NCBI GenBank assembly: GCA_014361095.1
Contig: JACIWF010000001.1
Span: forward strand, 1-46,372
DNA: 46,372 nt
Direction of reading: 5' to 3'
Origin: Hadesarchaea archaeon
GTDB lineage: Archaea > Hadarchaeota > Hadarchaeia > Hadarchaeales > Hadarchaeaceae
In this document: positions 1 through 9,790 of the stretch, piece by piece
Position numbering within the stretch: the stretch's first letter is position 1
Layout of the letters: each line of letters starts with the position of its first letter
Program-made: the position numbers and the translations under genes
The notes under the pieces: generated by a model
Told to the model about the DNA's origin: nothing
Databases searched by the model: none
The model's input: only the letters and a program-made list of their open reading frames with translations

Positions 1-987
1 GAGAAGCGTGTCATCACTCACGAGCAGATGGGGACCAAAATCGTAAAGGAAAGCGAGCTTGCCGACGCGTTGAAAGAGTGCGGCTACAGTCCCGACGAGA
101 TTGTCGGGCTTGCCTTTGGAAAAATTGGCAGGGACAGAAACTATCTCCACCAGATCACGGCCAGCCAAGTTGACTCCGACAAGCTGGACTTTTTGGTTAG
201 GGATTCCTACTATACCGGCGTCGAATACGGACGCATCGACATCAACAGGCTGATTCAGGCGATGGATGTCTACAATGACGAAATCGCCATCGACCTCAAG
301 GCCCTCTACGCCCTGGAGGCATTCATGATAGCCAGATACGAGATGTTCCTCGCAGTCTACTACCACCGCGCGGTGAGGTCCGCCGAGATCCTTCTCCACA
401 AGGCGATGGACTATGCTGACGAAATCATCGGCCTGACCTCCTTTACCGGGGTGGATGAGTTCCTGAAGATGGACGACGGCTATGTGGCGACCAAATTGCG
501 GGAGCTGAACCCCGCGGACTTCAATAATCCTGAGGAGCGCCGCCGGGCTGAGAGGGCCAAGGAGATCATGAGGAGGCTGGACAAAAGACAGCTCTTGAAA
601 GTCGCCTATCAGAGAGACGTCCATGTCAAGGACGCCTACGTGGCAAAACTGCTGAGCGATAAAAACGTGAGGCGCCAGAAGGAGCAGGAAATAGCCAAGC
701 TGGCTGGGGTTGAAAGCGATGAAGTCGTGGTGGATGTCCCAACTTTGGACTCCATCCCCTACTATCCCCGCGAAATTGACCCGATGGAGATTCCCGTGTT
801 CACCTACAGCGGTGAAGGGAAAAAGGAACTCATCCAGCTCTCAAGATACTCGCGGCTGATCAACGTGTTGAAGGGATATGTCGACATCATCCGTGTTTAC
901 ACCGGCTCCGATCGCAGAGCCAGCGTGGAAAAGGCCGCGAGCGAGGTCTTCAAGACGCTCCCATTTTCTGCCCAGATAAATATGTAG
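1..987 (+). CDS. HD-domain phosphohydrolase, SAMHD1/dNTP triphosphohydrolase-like (5' end outside window)
   Basis: Frame 1 is open from base 1 (EKRVITHEQMG...), so the M at 28 is probably internal. It carries the 'DSDKLDFLVRDSYYTGVEYGRIDINRLI' block typical of SAMHD1-like HD dNTPases. Stop at 985-987. Confidence 0.75.
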   Translation, partial: EKRVITHEQMGTKIVKESELADALKECGYSPDEIVGLAFGKIGRDRNYLHQITASQVDSDKLDFLVRDSYYTGVEYGRIDINRLIQAMDVYNDEIAIDLKALYALEAFMIARYEMFLAVYYHRAVRSAEILLHKAMDYADEIIGLTSFTGVDEFLKMDDGYVATKLRELNPADFNNPEERRRAERAKEIMRRLDKRQLLKVAYQRDVHVKDAYVAKLLSDKNVRRQKEQEIAKLAGVESDEVVVDVPTLDSIPYYPREIDPMEIPVFTYSGEGKKELIQLSRYSRLINVLKGYVDIIRVYTGSDRRASVEKAASEVFKTLPFSAQINM

Positions 988-1022
988 CCGGGGCAACGAG
1001 AGGGTTGGAAAATTTTGGCTGT

Positions 1023-1029
1023 AAAAAAA
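1023..1029 (-). terminator. T7 run 12-18 nt downstream of the tmk stop (archaeal oligo-T terminator candidate)
   Basis: The + strand A7 at 1023-1029 reads as UUUUUUU on the tmk transcript. It lies between the convergent HD and tmk genes. Confidence 0.3.
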
Positions 1030-1040
1030 TCCCTTATGAT

Positions 1041-1631
1041 CTACAATAGTTTTTTCACCAAGCGACGAATGTCCTCCTGAACCTCGTCAATTGAACGGTT
1101 GCCGTCGATCACCTTCATCTTGCACGCCTTGACGATATCCAGATAGGCCTGCCTGACCTTTTTCTGGAGCTCAAGGTCCCTTTCAAATTCATCTAACCTG
1201 CGCGATCGATTTATCCTCTGGGCCGAAACCTCCGGAGGGACGTCGATCAATATCGTCAGATCTGGCTTCGGCGCCATCTCGTTGATCATCATCACCCACC
1301 TGAGAGGTAGCCCGCGAGCCGACTGGTAGGCAAGAGAAGAAGCCGTGTATCTGTCAGAGATAACTATCTTGCCTGAAGCGACTGCCGGGGCGATCACCTC
1401 TTCCACGTGCTGCAACCTATCGGCAGCAAAAAGGAGCGCCTCGGCTGCAACCGGTAACCTGAAAGTTCCCTTGAGTGCCAACTTTATGATCCTGCCAACA
1501 GGCCCCTCCGTCGGCTCGTCGGTAACCACCACCTGCCGGCCCATGTGCCGCAACCAGCTGGCGAGCAATCTTACCTGGGTGCTCTTCCCGCTTCCGTCAA
1601 GGCCCTCAATGCTGATGAACTTTCCCCTCAC
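1041..1631 (-). CDS. tmk: thymidylate kinase
   Basis: N-terminal P-loop 'FISIEGLDGSGKSTQ', a DRY-type motif 'ISDRYTASSLAYQ', and a length of 196 aa. Confidence 0.92.
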   Translation of the reverse strand: MRGKFISIEGLDGSGKSTQVRLLASWLRHMGRQVVVTDEPTEGPVGRIIKLALKGTFRLPVAAEALLFAADRLQHVEEVIAPAVASGKIVISDRYTASSLAYQSARGLPLRWVMMINEMAPKPDLTILIDVPPEVSAQRINRSRRLDEFERDLELQKKVRQAYLDIVKACKMKVIDGNRSIDEVQEDIRRLVKKLL

Positions 1632-1676
1632 CTGAGCACCATAGCCAAGTTTTTTCTCTTACCTATGTAGTTATCG

Positions 1677-2849
1677 CTACCCGACCGGCAGAGGCAAACA
1701 GAGGACAAATACCGCCAGCGCTGCCGCCGCTAAAATTTTGTGGCGAAATGACAGCGGGGAAACGTCATCTAGCGCCCCCGGGTGATATCCCCTGAACAAA
1801 ATCAGAATCAAGAGACCCCAGACGAAAAAGATCGGCATCTCCGGAAAGGCCAGCCCAAGGAACATCAACAAAAATCCCAGCATCCTGGTCAGCGAATAAT
1901 GTCGTTGCCGTCCCAGCACCGCCCTGGCGATATGTCCGCCATCGAGCTGTCCAACTGGAATCATGTTGAACATGGTCAGGAGCATCACCACCCAACCGGA
2001 GAAGGTCAGCGGGTTTAACTCAAAAGCACTCGTGACTCTGCCCATGGTTATCAGCTGCAGCAGGCCAAACATCACCGGTACAAAGGGCAGCGGATTCTCC
2101 AGCTGGCTAGGACCTGAAAGCGAAAGGCCGATGTAGGTTATTATCACCGCAAACACGAAGCCGGTGATGGGCCCGGAGGCACCCATCTCGACCAAGGCCT
2201 CCTTGGTGGGTATGGGGCTCTTTATGTTTATCACCGCTCCAAACGTCCCCAGAGGAAAAGGGGGCGGAGCTGGAATGAAATAAGGTAGCGTGGAGGCCAC
2301 CCGATTGTGCCAGGCCGAGAGTTTATGTCCCATCTCGTGAGCCACCAGCATCGCCAACAGAGACGAGGAAAAGAGCGCTGCGCTGGTGAACGAATTTTCA
2401 AAGAGATAATATCCGGCAACAAGGGTCGAAACCACCGTGGCGGCAAAGAGCGCCACGTTGGTCAAGGCCCTGCCCTTTCTGACAGCTGGACGTCTCACCA
2501 GGTTGAGCCTTAACTCACCATCCTGCTCCCGCATCACCGGAAGATAACCGTCCTTTTCGAGAACTCTCAACAGATAGCGAAAGGCATCGCGCGGCCTTCG
2601 GGATGACACCTCAAGCTCAATTCTATCCCTCCGCGCCACTAAATCCAAAATCTCAAACTTCTTCGCAACCAAACCAATCAGCCTGGTCAACCAATCCGGG
2701 ATCTCTTCGGCAGCAACCCTTAAGTTCCCGTCACACCTCGGACAGCCACCGGGTATCGTCTCACCCACCTCACGGGCCGACATCCTATAATCAGCATACT
2801 TGCACTCTGTGCACTCAAATTTCTTGATCGGGGGCAGCTTCAACCCCAT
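1677..2849 (-). CDS. site-2 protease family (M50) membrane metalloprotease with N-terminal zinc ribbon
   Basis: HExxH 'VAHEMGHKLSAW' sits in a TM segment and the second M50 motif 'NMIPVGQLDGGH' is present. Multiple hydrophobic helices. N-terminus has CTEC...CPRC (4 Cys). Confidence 0.85.
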   Translation of the reverse strand: MGLKLPPIKKFECTECKYADYRMSAREVGETIPGGCPRCDGNLRVAAEEIPDWLTRLIGLVAKKFEILDLVARRDRIELEVSSRRPRDAFRYLLRVLEKDGYLPVMREQDGELRLNLVRRPAVRKGRALTNVALFAATVVSTLVAGYYLFENSFTSAALFSSSLLAMLVAHEMGHKLSAWHNRVASTLPYFIPAPPPFPLGTFGAVINIKSPIPTKEALVEMGASGPITGFVFAVIITYIGLSLSGPSQLENPLPFVPVMFGLLQLITMGRVTSAFELNPLTFSGWVVMLLTMFNMIPVGQLDGGHIARAVLGRQRHYSLTRMLGFLLMFLGLAFPEMPIFFVWGLLILILFRGYHPGALDDVSPLSFRHKILAAAALAVFVLCLPLPVG

Positions 2850-2872
2850 TCCATCACCTCGACTGGCCCCGA

Positions 2873-3436
2873 TCAGTCACCCACGCCGGCCCAGCGGGGA
2901 TAAAGATCGTGATCGATGCCGAACATCTCCAGAACGCGCCCCACGATGAAATCCACTAGGTCCGTTATTTTTTCAGGCTTGATGTAAAACGCCGGCGCAG
3001 CGGGCAGGATTATGGCCCCGGCTCGCCTGAGTTTGGCCATGTTTTCCAGATGAATCTGGCTGAGGGGGGTCTCGCGCGGCACCAGCACCAGCCTGCGGTT
3101 CTGCTTAAGAGTAACATCCGCTGCCCGGGTTATCAGATCATGAGAAATGCCGTTCGCGATCTCGCCCAGCGTCTTCATGCTGCAGGGGATCACCACCATA
3201 CCATCAATGGGATGAGACCCGCTGGAAGGTGGAGCCTCTAAATCATCAGGAGAGTAATGCCGCGTGGCCAACCTGTGAAGGTCGGCAGCGGTTTTTTCCA
3301 GCTCCAACTCGAGCACTCTCTCACTATTTTTTGAGATGATCAGTTCCGTCTCTATTCCCAGCCGTTGGCAAGCTTCGAGAAACCTCAGCCCGTAGAGAGC
3401 ACCGCTCGCCCCGGTTATAGCCACAACCAACCTCAT
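2873..3436 (-). CDS. ubiX: flavin prenyltransferase UbiX (prenylated-FMN synthase)
   Basis: 'MRLVVAITGASGALYGLRFLE' N-terminus, 'VIPCSMKTLGEIANGIS' and 'RRLVLVPRETPL' blocks are characteristic of UbiX/Pad1. 187 aa. Confidence 0.9.
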   Translation of the reverse strand: MRLVVAITGASGALYGLRFLEACQRLGIETELIISKNSERVLELELEKTAADLHRLATRHYSPDDLEAPPSSGSHPIDGMVVIPCSMKTLGEIANGISHDLITRAADVTLKQNRRLVLVPRETPLSQIHLENMAKLRRAGAIILPAAPAFYIKPEKITDLVDFIVGRVLEMFGIDHDLYPRWAGVGD

Positions 3437-3498
3437 GATTTCCCAACTAATTTCTCGACCAAACTAATAAAACTGCCTTTTAACCCGTCCGCAGGTCG

Positions 3499-4644
3499 CT
3501 ATTTGTTCTCGATCTTTCTCACCACTTCATCGCCGACCTCTGAGGTGCTCGATCTTCCGCCCAAGTCGTAGGTCCTGACCCTGCCCTCTCGAAGCACCTC
3601 AACGACGGCTGCCTCGATGATGTCGGCCACCTTCTGCTCACCTAGCTCCTCCAGCATCATCTGCCCGGCTAAAATCGTGGCTATCGGGTTGGCCACGTTT
3701 TTGCCCGCGTGCTTTGGCGCCGACCCGTGGATGGGCTCAAACATGCTCACGCCCTCAGGATTGATGTTCCCGCCTGGCGCCAGACCCAGACCCCCCTGAA
3801 TCATGGCACCGAGGTCGGTGATGATGTCTCCAAACATGTTCGGTGTTACCACAACCTGATACCACTCAGGATTTTTCACGAACCACATGGTAACTGCATC
3901 CACAAAGGCAAACTCGGTTTCAATTTCAGGGTAGTCTCTAGCCACCGACTCAAAAACATCTCGCCAAAGGCTATAAACATGGGTGAGAACATTGGCCTTG
4001 TCCACCGAGGTCACGCGCTTTTTTCCCTTTCTCCGGGCCAGCTCAAACGCGTAGCGAATGACCCTCTCAGCCCCCTTCCTGCTGATGACCCCGAGCTGAT
4101 AGGCTATCTCATCCCTATCAACATCAACATCCAGTTTAAACTTCGCCTCATACAGTGACCTAATGAGATCCAGCTCGGCCTTGGATCTCCCCTTAGCCCT
4201 ACCACCCAGAGCCACGTAAAAGTCCTCAGTGTTTTCCCTAACCACAAAGAAGTCCACGTCCTCCGGGCCCTTTCCAGCCAGCGGGCAAGGGACCCCGGGA
4301 TAAAGCCTAACCGGGCGCAAATTCACATACTGATCGAAATAAAAACGCAGCCTGAGCAATATGCCCTGCTCGAGTACTCCGGTAGGCACTCTGGGATCGC
4401 CTAAAGCCCCGAGATAGATCGCATCCATACGGGAGAGTTCCTTCAGTGCCTCTTCCGGAATCAGCTCCCCCGTCCTAAGGTAATGCTCGGCACCGTAGGG
4501 GAACTCCACAAAATCAATATCAACTCCACCAGCTACCTCTGCCGCGGCTCGGAGCACTTTTACTCCCTCTCGTATGACCTCGGGACCGACGCCGTCACCC
4601 GGAATGACTGCTATTTTATACTTCAAAACCTTCACCTGAACCAT
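3499..4644 (-). CDS. leuB: 3-isopropylmalate dehydrogenase (isocitrate/isopropylmalate dehydrogenase family)
   Basis: '[14 protein letters not shown]' near the N-terminus, 'NLRP', '[11 protein letters not shown]' and '[14 protein letters not shown]' motifs. I prefer the start at ATG 4644 ([13 protein letters not shown]...). The longer ORF to 4698 would overlap leuD. Confidence 0.9.
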   Translation of the reverse strand: MVQVKVLKYKIAVIPGDGVGPEVIREGVKVLRAAAEVAGGVDIDFVEFPYGAEHYLRTGELIPEEALKELSRMDAIYLGALGDPRVPTGVLEQGILLRLRFYFDQYVNLRPVRLYPGVPCPLAGKGPEDVDFFVVRENTEDFYVALGGRAKGRSKAELDLIRSLYEAKFKLDVDVDRDEIAYQLGVISRKGAERVIRYAFELARRKGKKRVTSVDKANVLTHVYSLWRDVFESVARDYPEIETEFAFVDAVTMWFVKNPEWYQVVVTPNMFGDIITDLGAMIQGGLGLAPGGNINPEGVSMFEPIHGSAPKHAGKNVANPIATILAGQMMLEELGEQKVADIIEAAVVEVLREGRVRTYDLGGRSSTSEVGDEVVRKIENK

Positions 4645-4666
4645 CTTGGCATCCAAACTCTTAAGC

Positions 4667-5182
4667 CTAAACGGCAGTTTTTTTCCTCGGCAAACCACGC
4701 TTTCCCTTCATCCTTTTGAGATAGTTTAACAGTCCGCCGGCTCGCAAGATCTCCATCAAAAAATCTGGAAGTGGTTCGGCATCAAATTTCCTGCCCGTGC
4801 TGGTGTTGAGCACCTCGCCCCTCTCCAGATCCACCCTGATACCGTCGCCGGTCTTGAACCCCCTCCGCGCCTCCTTGGAAATCAACACAGGTAATCCTTG
4901 GTTTATCGCGTTTCGGAAAAATATCCTGGCAAAAGATTCAGCCACCACAGCAGCAATTCCTGCTCCCTTCAGAGCCATCGGTGCATGTTCCCGGCTTGAA
5001 CCACAGCCGAAGTTCTTTCCCGCCACGATGACATCTCCAGCTCTAACCTTGGCAGCAAACCCTGGATCCACCGCCTCCATCACATGCTTGGCAAGCTCTT
5101 TTGGGTTTCTTTGCACCAGATAACGCCCGGCAATGATATCGTCGGTTGAGATATTGTCTCCAAAGACCCAAGCCTTAGCCAT
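4667..5182 (-). CDS. leuD: 3-isopropylmalate dehydratase small subunit
   Basis: '[21 protein letters not shown]' and '[14 protein letters not shown]' motifs. ATG at 5182 overlaps the leuC stop (TGATG). The listed ORF extension to 5365 lies inside leuC and is an artefact. Confidence 0.9.
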   Translation of the reverse strand: MAKAWVFGDNISTDDIIAGRYLVQRNPKELAKHVMEAVDPGFAAKVRAGDVIVAGKNFGCGSSREHAPMALKGAGIAAVVAESFARIFFRNAINQGLPVLISKEARRGFKTGDGIRVDLERGEVLNTSTGRKFDAEPLPDFLMEILRAGGLLNYLKRMKGKRGLPRKKTAV

Positions 5183-6438
5183 CAAACATCCCTCGGATCG
5201 GTTATCTCTCCCCTCAGGGCAGATGCCGCAACTGTGGCCGGAGAGCCCAGATAAACCTTGGCCTCCGGGCTGCCCATGCGCCCACGGAAGTTCCTGTTGG
5301 ACGAGGAAATGCAGACCTCCCCGGGCCCGATGATTCCGATGTGTCCTCCCATGCAGGCCGCACAAGAGGGCGATCCCACGATTGCACCCGCCTCTACAAG
5401 CTTCTGCAGCACCTTTTTCCTAAGCGCCTCCAAGTAAACCTCGCGCGATGCTGGAGCAACGAGCATCCTTACCCCTGGAGCTATTTTTTTACCCTCCAAC
5501 ACCTTGGCTGCCTCAACTAAATCCTCAAGCCTGCCGTTGGTGCAACTGCCTAAAAAGGCCTGATCTATCTTTACCCCGGCAACTTCACGCACAGGACGCA
5601 CCTTATCCACATTATGGGGCAAAGCTAGCTGAGGCTCAAGCTTGGACAGATCGCACTTCATCTCATCGACGTAACTAGCGTCGCTGTCGCTGTAAACCGG
5701 TTGGTAAGCCCATTTGGCCCTTCCCTTCAAATATCTGAAAGTAACCTCATCAGCGGGGACAATGGCGGCCTTTGCTCCCATCTCAACCCCCATGTTACAC
5801 ATCGTCATTCTTCCGCCAACGCTTATCCTGCTCAAACCGCTACCAGTGAACTCGATAGCCCGGTAGGTGGCACCATCAGCTCCGACATCGCCCACGATTT
5901 TAAGGATCAAGTCCTTTGGTGAGACCCGGCTCCTCAGCATCCCTTCAACTTTTATAAGCATGCTCTCGGGGACACGGAACCACAGCTTTCCCGTCGCGAA
6001 GACGGCTGCCATGTCTGTGGAACCAATTCCTGTGGCAAAACAGCCAAAGGCCCCGTAGGTGCAGGTGTGGGAATCGGCCCCGACGATGAGCTCACCGGGG
6101 AGGGCAAAACCATTTTCGGGCAGCACCTCGTGGCATACTCCCTCGCCGACATCAAAAAAATTCTGAATTCCGTTCCGGGCCGCGAACCTGCGCAGTCCAA
6201 TGTGCTCCCGAGAGGCCTCAATCGACGTGGGCGGTGCCTGATGATCCAAGACAATTACCACCCTTGAGGGATCCCAGACCTTTTTAACGCCGATCTTTTC
6301 CAAGGCCTCTACCGTGATTGGGCCGGTGATGTCATTGATCATGGCCACATCTACTCTGGCCTCAACTATCTCGCCTGGGGACACGCTCCGGCGCCCGGAG
6401 GCACGGGCCAGTATTTTCTCCGCAATCGTCATCGGCAT
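5182..6438 (-). CDS. leuC: 3-isopropylmalate dehydratase large subunit (aconitase family)
   Basis: 'TIAEKILA', 'DHQAPP', 'GADSHTCTYGAFG', 'GSCTNGR' and 'CAACMG' Fe-S ligand blocks. 418 aa. Confidence 0.92.
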   Translation of the reverse strand: MPMTIAEKILARASGRRSVSPGEIVEARVDVAMINDITGPITVEALEKIGVKKVWDPSRVVIVLDHQAPPTSIEASREHIGLRRFAARNGIQNFFDVGEGVCHEVLPENGFALPGELIVGADSHTCTYGAFGCFATGIGSTDMAAVFATGKLWFRVPESMLIKVEGMLRSRVSPKDLILKIVGDVGADGATYRAIEFTGSGLSRISVGGRMTMCNMGVEMGAKAAIVPADEVTFRYLKGRAKWAYQPVYSDSDASYVDEMKCDLSKLEPQLALPHNVDKVRPVREVAGVKIDQAFLGSCTNGRLEDLVEAAKVLEGKKIAPGVRMLVAPASREVYLEALRKKVLQKLVEAGAIVGSPSCAACMGGHIGIIGPGEVCISSSNRNFRGRMGSPEAKVYLGSPATVAASALRGEITDPRDV

Positions 6439-6583
6439 AAACTTCCAACCTGATTAAGCGGCGCAATCTTTAAGTTTTATCGTGATTAAGGCCCCAGTTA
6501 TCTAACCCCATTGAACTTTTTCTGACGAGTTTCGGTTCATGACAAAAATCTCCTGAAAATTATGATTCCAGCACTTAAACTTT

Positions 6584-8242
6584 TCAAACTCTTATGGCAC
6601 CGTCCGCGGCCGAGGTGACCATCTTAGAGTAAAATCCCAGATAACCTGTTTTTATTTTTGGCGGGCGTGGTTTCACCTTCGCCAGCCTCTCCTCAAGCAC
6701 CTGCTCCGGCAACATCACCTCCAGCCTGCGCTTGGGGATGTCAATCGATATTTTATCTCCCTCGACAACGGCGGCAATCGGCCCTCTCTCGGCAGCCTCC
6801 GGGGAAACATGTCCCACTGCCGCACCCCTTGTCCCGCCGGAGAACCTCCCGTCTGTCACCAAGGCCACGGAATCGATCAGCCCCGCGCCGGCCAAGGCAG
6901 ATGTGGCCGCCAGCATCTCACGCATCCCGGGACCTCCCTTGGGGCCCTCATATCTGATAACGATCACATCACCGCGTCTAATCTTTCCTCCCAGTATTGC
7001 CCTCACAGCATCCTCCTCACCATCGAAAACCCTTGCCGGCCCTTTGTGCCGAATCATACTCGGAGTAACGCCAGCATACTTTACCACTGCTCCCTTTGGG
7101 GCCAAATTACCGTATAAAATCGCGATGCCCCCCTCACGATGGTACGGCTTATTAAGCGGCCTGATGACATCATTGTCCGGCACTTTAACGTACTTTAAGT
7201 TATCCCGAACACGCCTGCCGGTAACGGTGAGCGGTGAGCCCCGGAGCAGTCCACCCAACCTTCTCATAACTGCAGGTATCCCCCCGGCTCTGTCTAAATC
7301 CAGCATCGTGTGTGGGCCTCCCGGTCTCAGGCTGCAGATGTGTGGTACTCTCCGGCTCAACCTATCAAATGTATCCAGATCCAGCTTGATTCCGGCTTCA
7401 TGGGCAATTGCCGGAAGATGAAGCACCGTGTTCGTCGAGCCGCCGATGGCCATATCCACCATTACCGCATTCTCAAAGGCAGGTCGCGTCATGATCTTTC
7501 TGGAAGTTATACCACGACGGAGGAGCTTCAAAACCTGAGCGCCGCTCTTCTTGGCCAAAGCTACTTTTCTGGAGTCAACTGCATGGGTGGTCGCCATTCC
7601 CGGAAGCGACATTCCCATCGCCTCGGTGAGACAGGCCATGGTGTTCGCGGTGAATAGTCCGGCGCAAGAACCACAACCAGGGCAACAGCGTTCCTCGATC
7701 ATCCTGGCCTCCCTCTCGCTCATCTTGCCCGACTTAACGGCTCCAACGGCCTCAAAGGCACTGATCACATCCAGCCTCTGACCGCGCCACTCGCCGGGCA
7801 TCATCGGCCCGCCTGTGACCATTATCCCGGGGATGTTCACCCGCGCCATGGCCATCAACATCCCGGGTACTATCTTATCGCAACTGGCCACACAAACCAC
7901 AGCATCAAACCGATGTGCCTCCAACATCAGCTCAACGCTGTCGGCGATGATTTCACGCGACGGTAGTGAATAACACATACCGCGGGTGCCCATCGAGATG
8001 CCGTCACAGATGCCAATTGTGTTGAATTCAAAAGGTGTGCCACCAGCCTCGCGGACCCCCGCCGCAACCGCCTCACCAAGCTGCCGCAGATGTAAATGTC
8101 CTGGTACAATGTTATTATATGAGTTGGCTATGGCGACAAAAGGTCTCTCCATATCGGCATCGGTCAGACCGTCGGCCCTCAAAAGTGCTCTTCGAGGAAG
8201 GCTCTCTAATCCGGCCACCACCTCTCGGCTGCGAAGCTTCAT
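6584..8242 (-). CDS. ilvD: dihydroxy-acid dehydratase
   Basis: '[11 protein letters not shown]', 'CDGISMG', '[11 protein letters not shown]' and '[11 protein letters not shown]' blocks. The start is probably ATG 8242 (MKLRSREV...), with an alternative at 8269. Confidence 0.93.
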   Translation of the reverse strand: MKLRSREVVAGLESLPRRALLRADGLTDADMERPFVAIANSYNNIVPGHLHLRQLGEAVAAGVREAGGTPFEFNTIGICDGISMGTRGMCYSLPSREIIADSVELMLEAHRFDAVVCVASCDKIVPGMLMAMARVNIPGIMVTGGPMMPGEWRGQRLDVISAFEAVGAVKSGKMSEREARMIEERCCPGCGSCAGLFTANTMACLTEAMGMSLPGMATTHAVDSRKVALAKKSGAQVLKLLRRGITSRKIMTRPAFENAVMVDMAIGGSTNTVLHLPAIAHEAGIKLDLDTFDRLSRRVPHICSLRPGGPHTMLDLDRAGGIPAVMRRLGGLLRGSPLTVTGRRVRDNLKYVKVPDNDVIRPLNKPYHREGGIAILYGNLAPKGAVVKYAGVTPSMIRHKGPARVFDGEEDAVRAILGGKIRRGDVIVIRYEGPKGGPGMREMLAATSALAGAGLIDSVALVTDGRFSGGTRGAAVGHVSPEAAERGPIAAVVEGDKISIDIPKRRLEVMLPEQVLEERLAKVKPRPPKIKTGYLGFYSKMVTSAADGAIRV

Positions 8243-8302
8243 CGGTCCCTGCCTCCGAGAAGGCTTCACATTCTCAATATAAATTACTGGCGGTCCAAAA
8301 AA

Positions 8303-9289
8303 TTACTTCTCAATTCCGGCCCACTTGCGCAGCTCCCTTCCGACCCTCTCGACCAAGTGATTCTTTCCTTCCTCGCGCATCCTGCGTAGGTTCGGCAGGT
8401 TCGCCCTGCTCTCCTCTATCCACTCCTTGGCAAACTTGCCGCCCTTAATGTCCTCCAGCATCCGCTTCATCGTTTCCCGCGTTCTCTGATCGACTATCCA
8501 TTTGCCCCTAGTGCGTCCGCCATACTCCGCCGTGTTGCTGACGGCCTTCATCATGCCCTCGATGCCGTGCTCGTAAACCAAGTCGATGATCAGCTTCAGC
8601 TCGTTGATGCATTCAAAGTAAGCTATCTCCGGCTGGTAGCCTGCCTCGACCAACGTCTCGAAACCTGCAATCATCAGCTCCGAAACTCCTCCCACCAAAA
8701 CCGCCTGTTCGCCAAACAGATCGGTCTCCACCTCTTCCTTGAACGTGGTTTCAACTACTCCGATCCTCGTCAGCCCGACTCCCTTCGCCATCGCCAGCGC
8801 TATCTCCTTAGCCCGCCCACTGGCGTCCTGCTCCACCGCCAGCAGTCCCGGTGTTCCGGAACCCTGCTGGTACATCTGCCGCAACATTGCTCCAGGGGCC
8901 TTTGGAGCTATCATGATAACGTCCACGTCCTTGGGTGGCACTATCTGTTTAAAGTGGATGTTGAATCCATGGCTGAAGCAGAGCACCTTGCCCTTGGTAA
9001 GATGGGGGTGAATCTGCTCACGGTAAACATCGGCCTGGTACTCATCCGGAATCAAAATGTGGATAATGTCCGCCCGCTTGGCCGCCTCCGGGATGTCATA
9101 GACCTCAAAGCCATCCTGCCTCGCCTGTTCATAGCTGGCATCTCTTATGTTGCCAATGATCACCCTACAACCAGAATCCCTGAGGTTCTTGGCCTGCGCC
9201 TGCCCCTGGTTCCCATAACCTATAATGGCAATCGTCTTCCCCTTCAGCGGAGCAATGTCCGCATCCCTGTCGTAATATATCTTCGCCAT
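8303..9289 (-). CDS. ilvC: ketol-acid reductoisomerase
   Basis: '[40 protein letters not shown]' Rossmann N-terminus and 'SHGFNIHF' motif. 328 aa. Confidence 0.95.
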   Translation of the reverse strand: MAKIYYDRDADIAPLKGKTIAIIGYGNQGQAQAKNLRDSGCRVIIGNIRDASYEQARQDGFEVYDIPEAAKRADIIHILIPDEYQADVYREQIHPHLTKGKVLCFSHGFNIHFKQIVPPKDVDVIMIAPKAPGAMLRQMYQQGSGTPGLLAVEQDASGRAKEIALAMAKGVGLTRIGVVETTFKEEVETDLFGEQAVLVGGVSELMIAGFETLVEAGYQPEIAYFECINELKLIIDLVYEHGIEGMMKAVSNTAEYGGRTRGKWIVDQRTRETMKRMLEDIKGGKFAKEWIEESRANLPNLRRMREEGKNHLVERVGRELRKWAGIEK

Positions 9290-9299
9290 GTTATCTCTC

Positions 9300-9782
9300 C
9301 TAGATTGTCTCTCGAGATATAAGAACTTGACCCGAACGGGCGACCTCCTTGAGAATTTCCGGGCCCAGCTCCCTGACCACGTTTTCTATGTGCTCATGGC
9401 TGCCGCTGAGCTCGATGATCAAAACGTTTCCTTTATCCTCAAGAATCTTACCGCCGGCGCTCTCAACCTTCTGCACCACCTTCCACAGCTGCTCCTCATC
9501 AAGCTTCTTCGTCTTCAACAGCGCAATCTCCCTGACGATGCTGCGCTCTGGGTCGATGACCTCAACATCTATTATCGGCTCAGCTCGGGCAAGTATCCTG
9601 CGCATGAACTCCGCCATACGATCATCGGCTTTGAAGGTCAGGATAACCCTGGCCAGTCCGCTGGGCTCGATGCCCACCGTGATTGAGTCCAAGTTGATCT
9701 GCCGCCTGGTGAAGGATCTGGATATCCTCATCATGACTCCAGGAACATTCTGACAGAGTACGGAGAACATTCGCGTCTTCAT
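9300..9782 (-). CDS. ilvN: acetolactate synthase small (regulatory, ACT-domain) subunit
   Basis: ACT-like '[32 protein letters not shown]'. It lies between ilvB and ilvC. 160 aa. Confidence 0.88.
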   Translation of the reverse strand: MKTRMFSVLCQNVPGVMMRISRSFTRRQINLDSITVGIEPSGLARVILTFKADDRMAEFMRRILARAEPIIDVEVIDPERSIVREIALLKTKKLDEEQLWKVVQKVESAGGKILEDKGNVLIIELSGSHEHIENVVRELGPEILKEVARSGQVLISRETI

Positions 9783-9790
9783 CTCAACAC

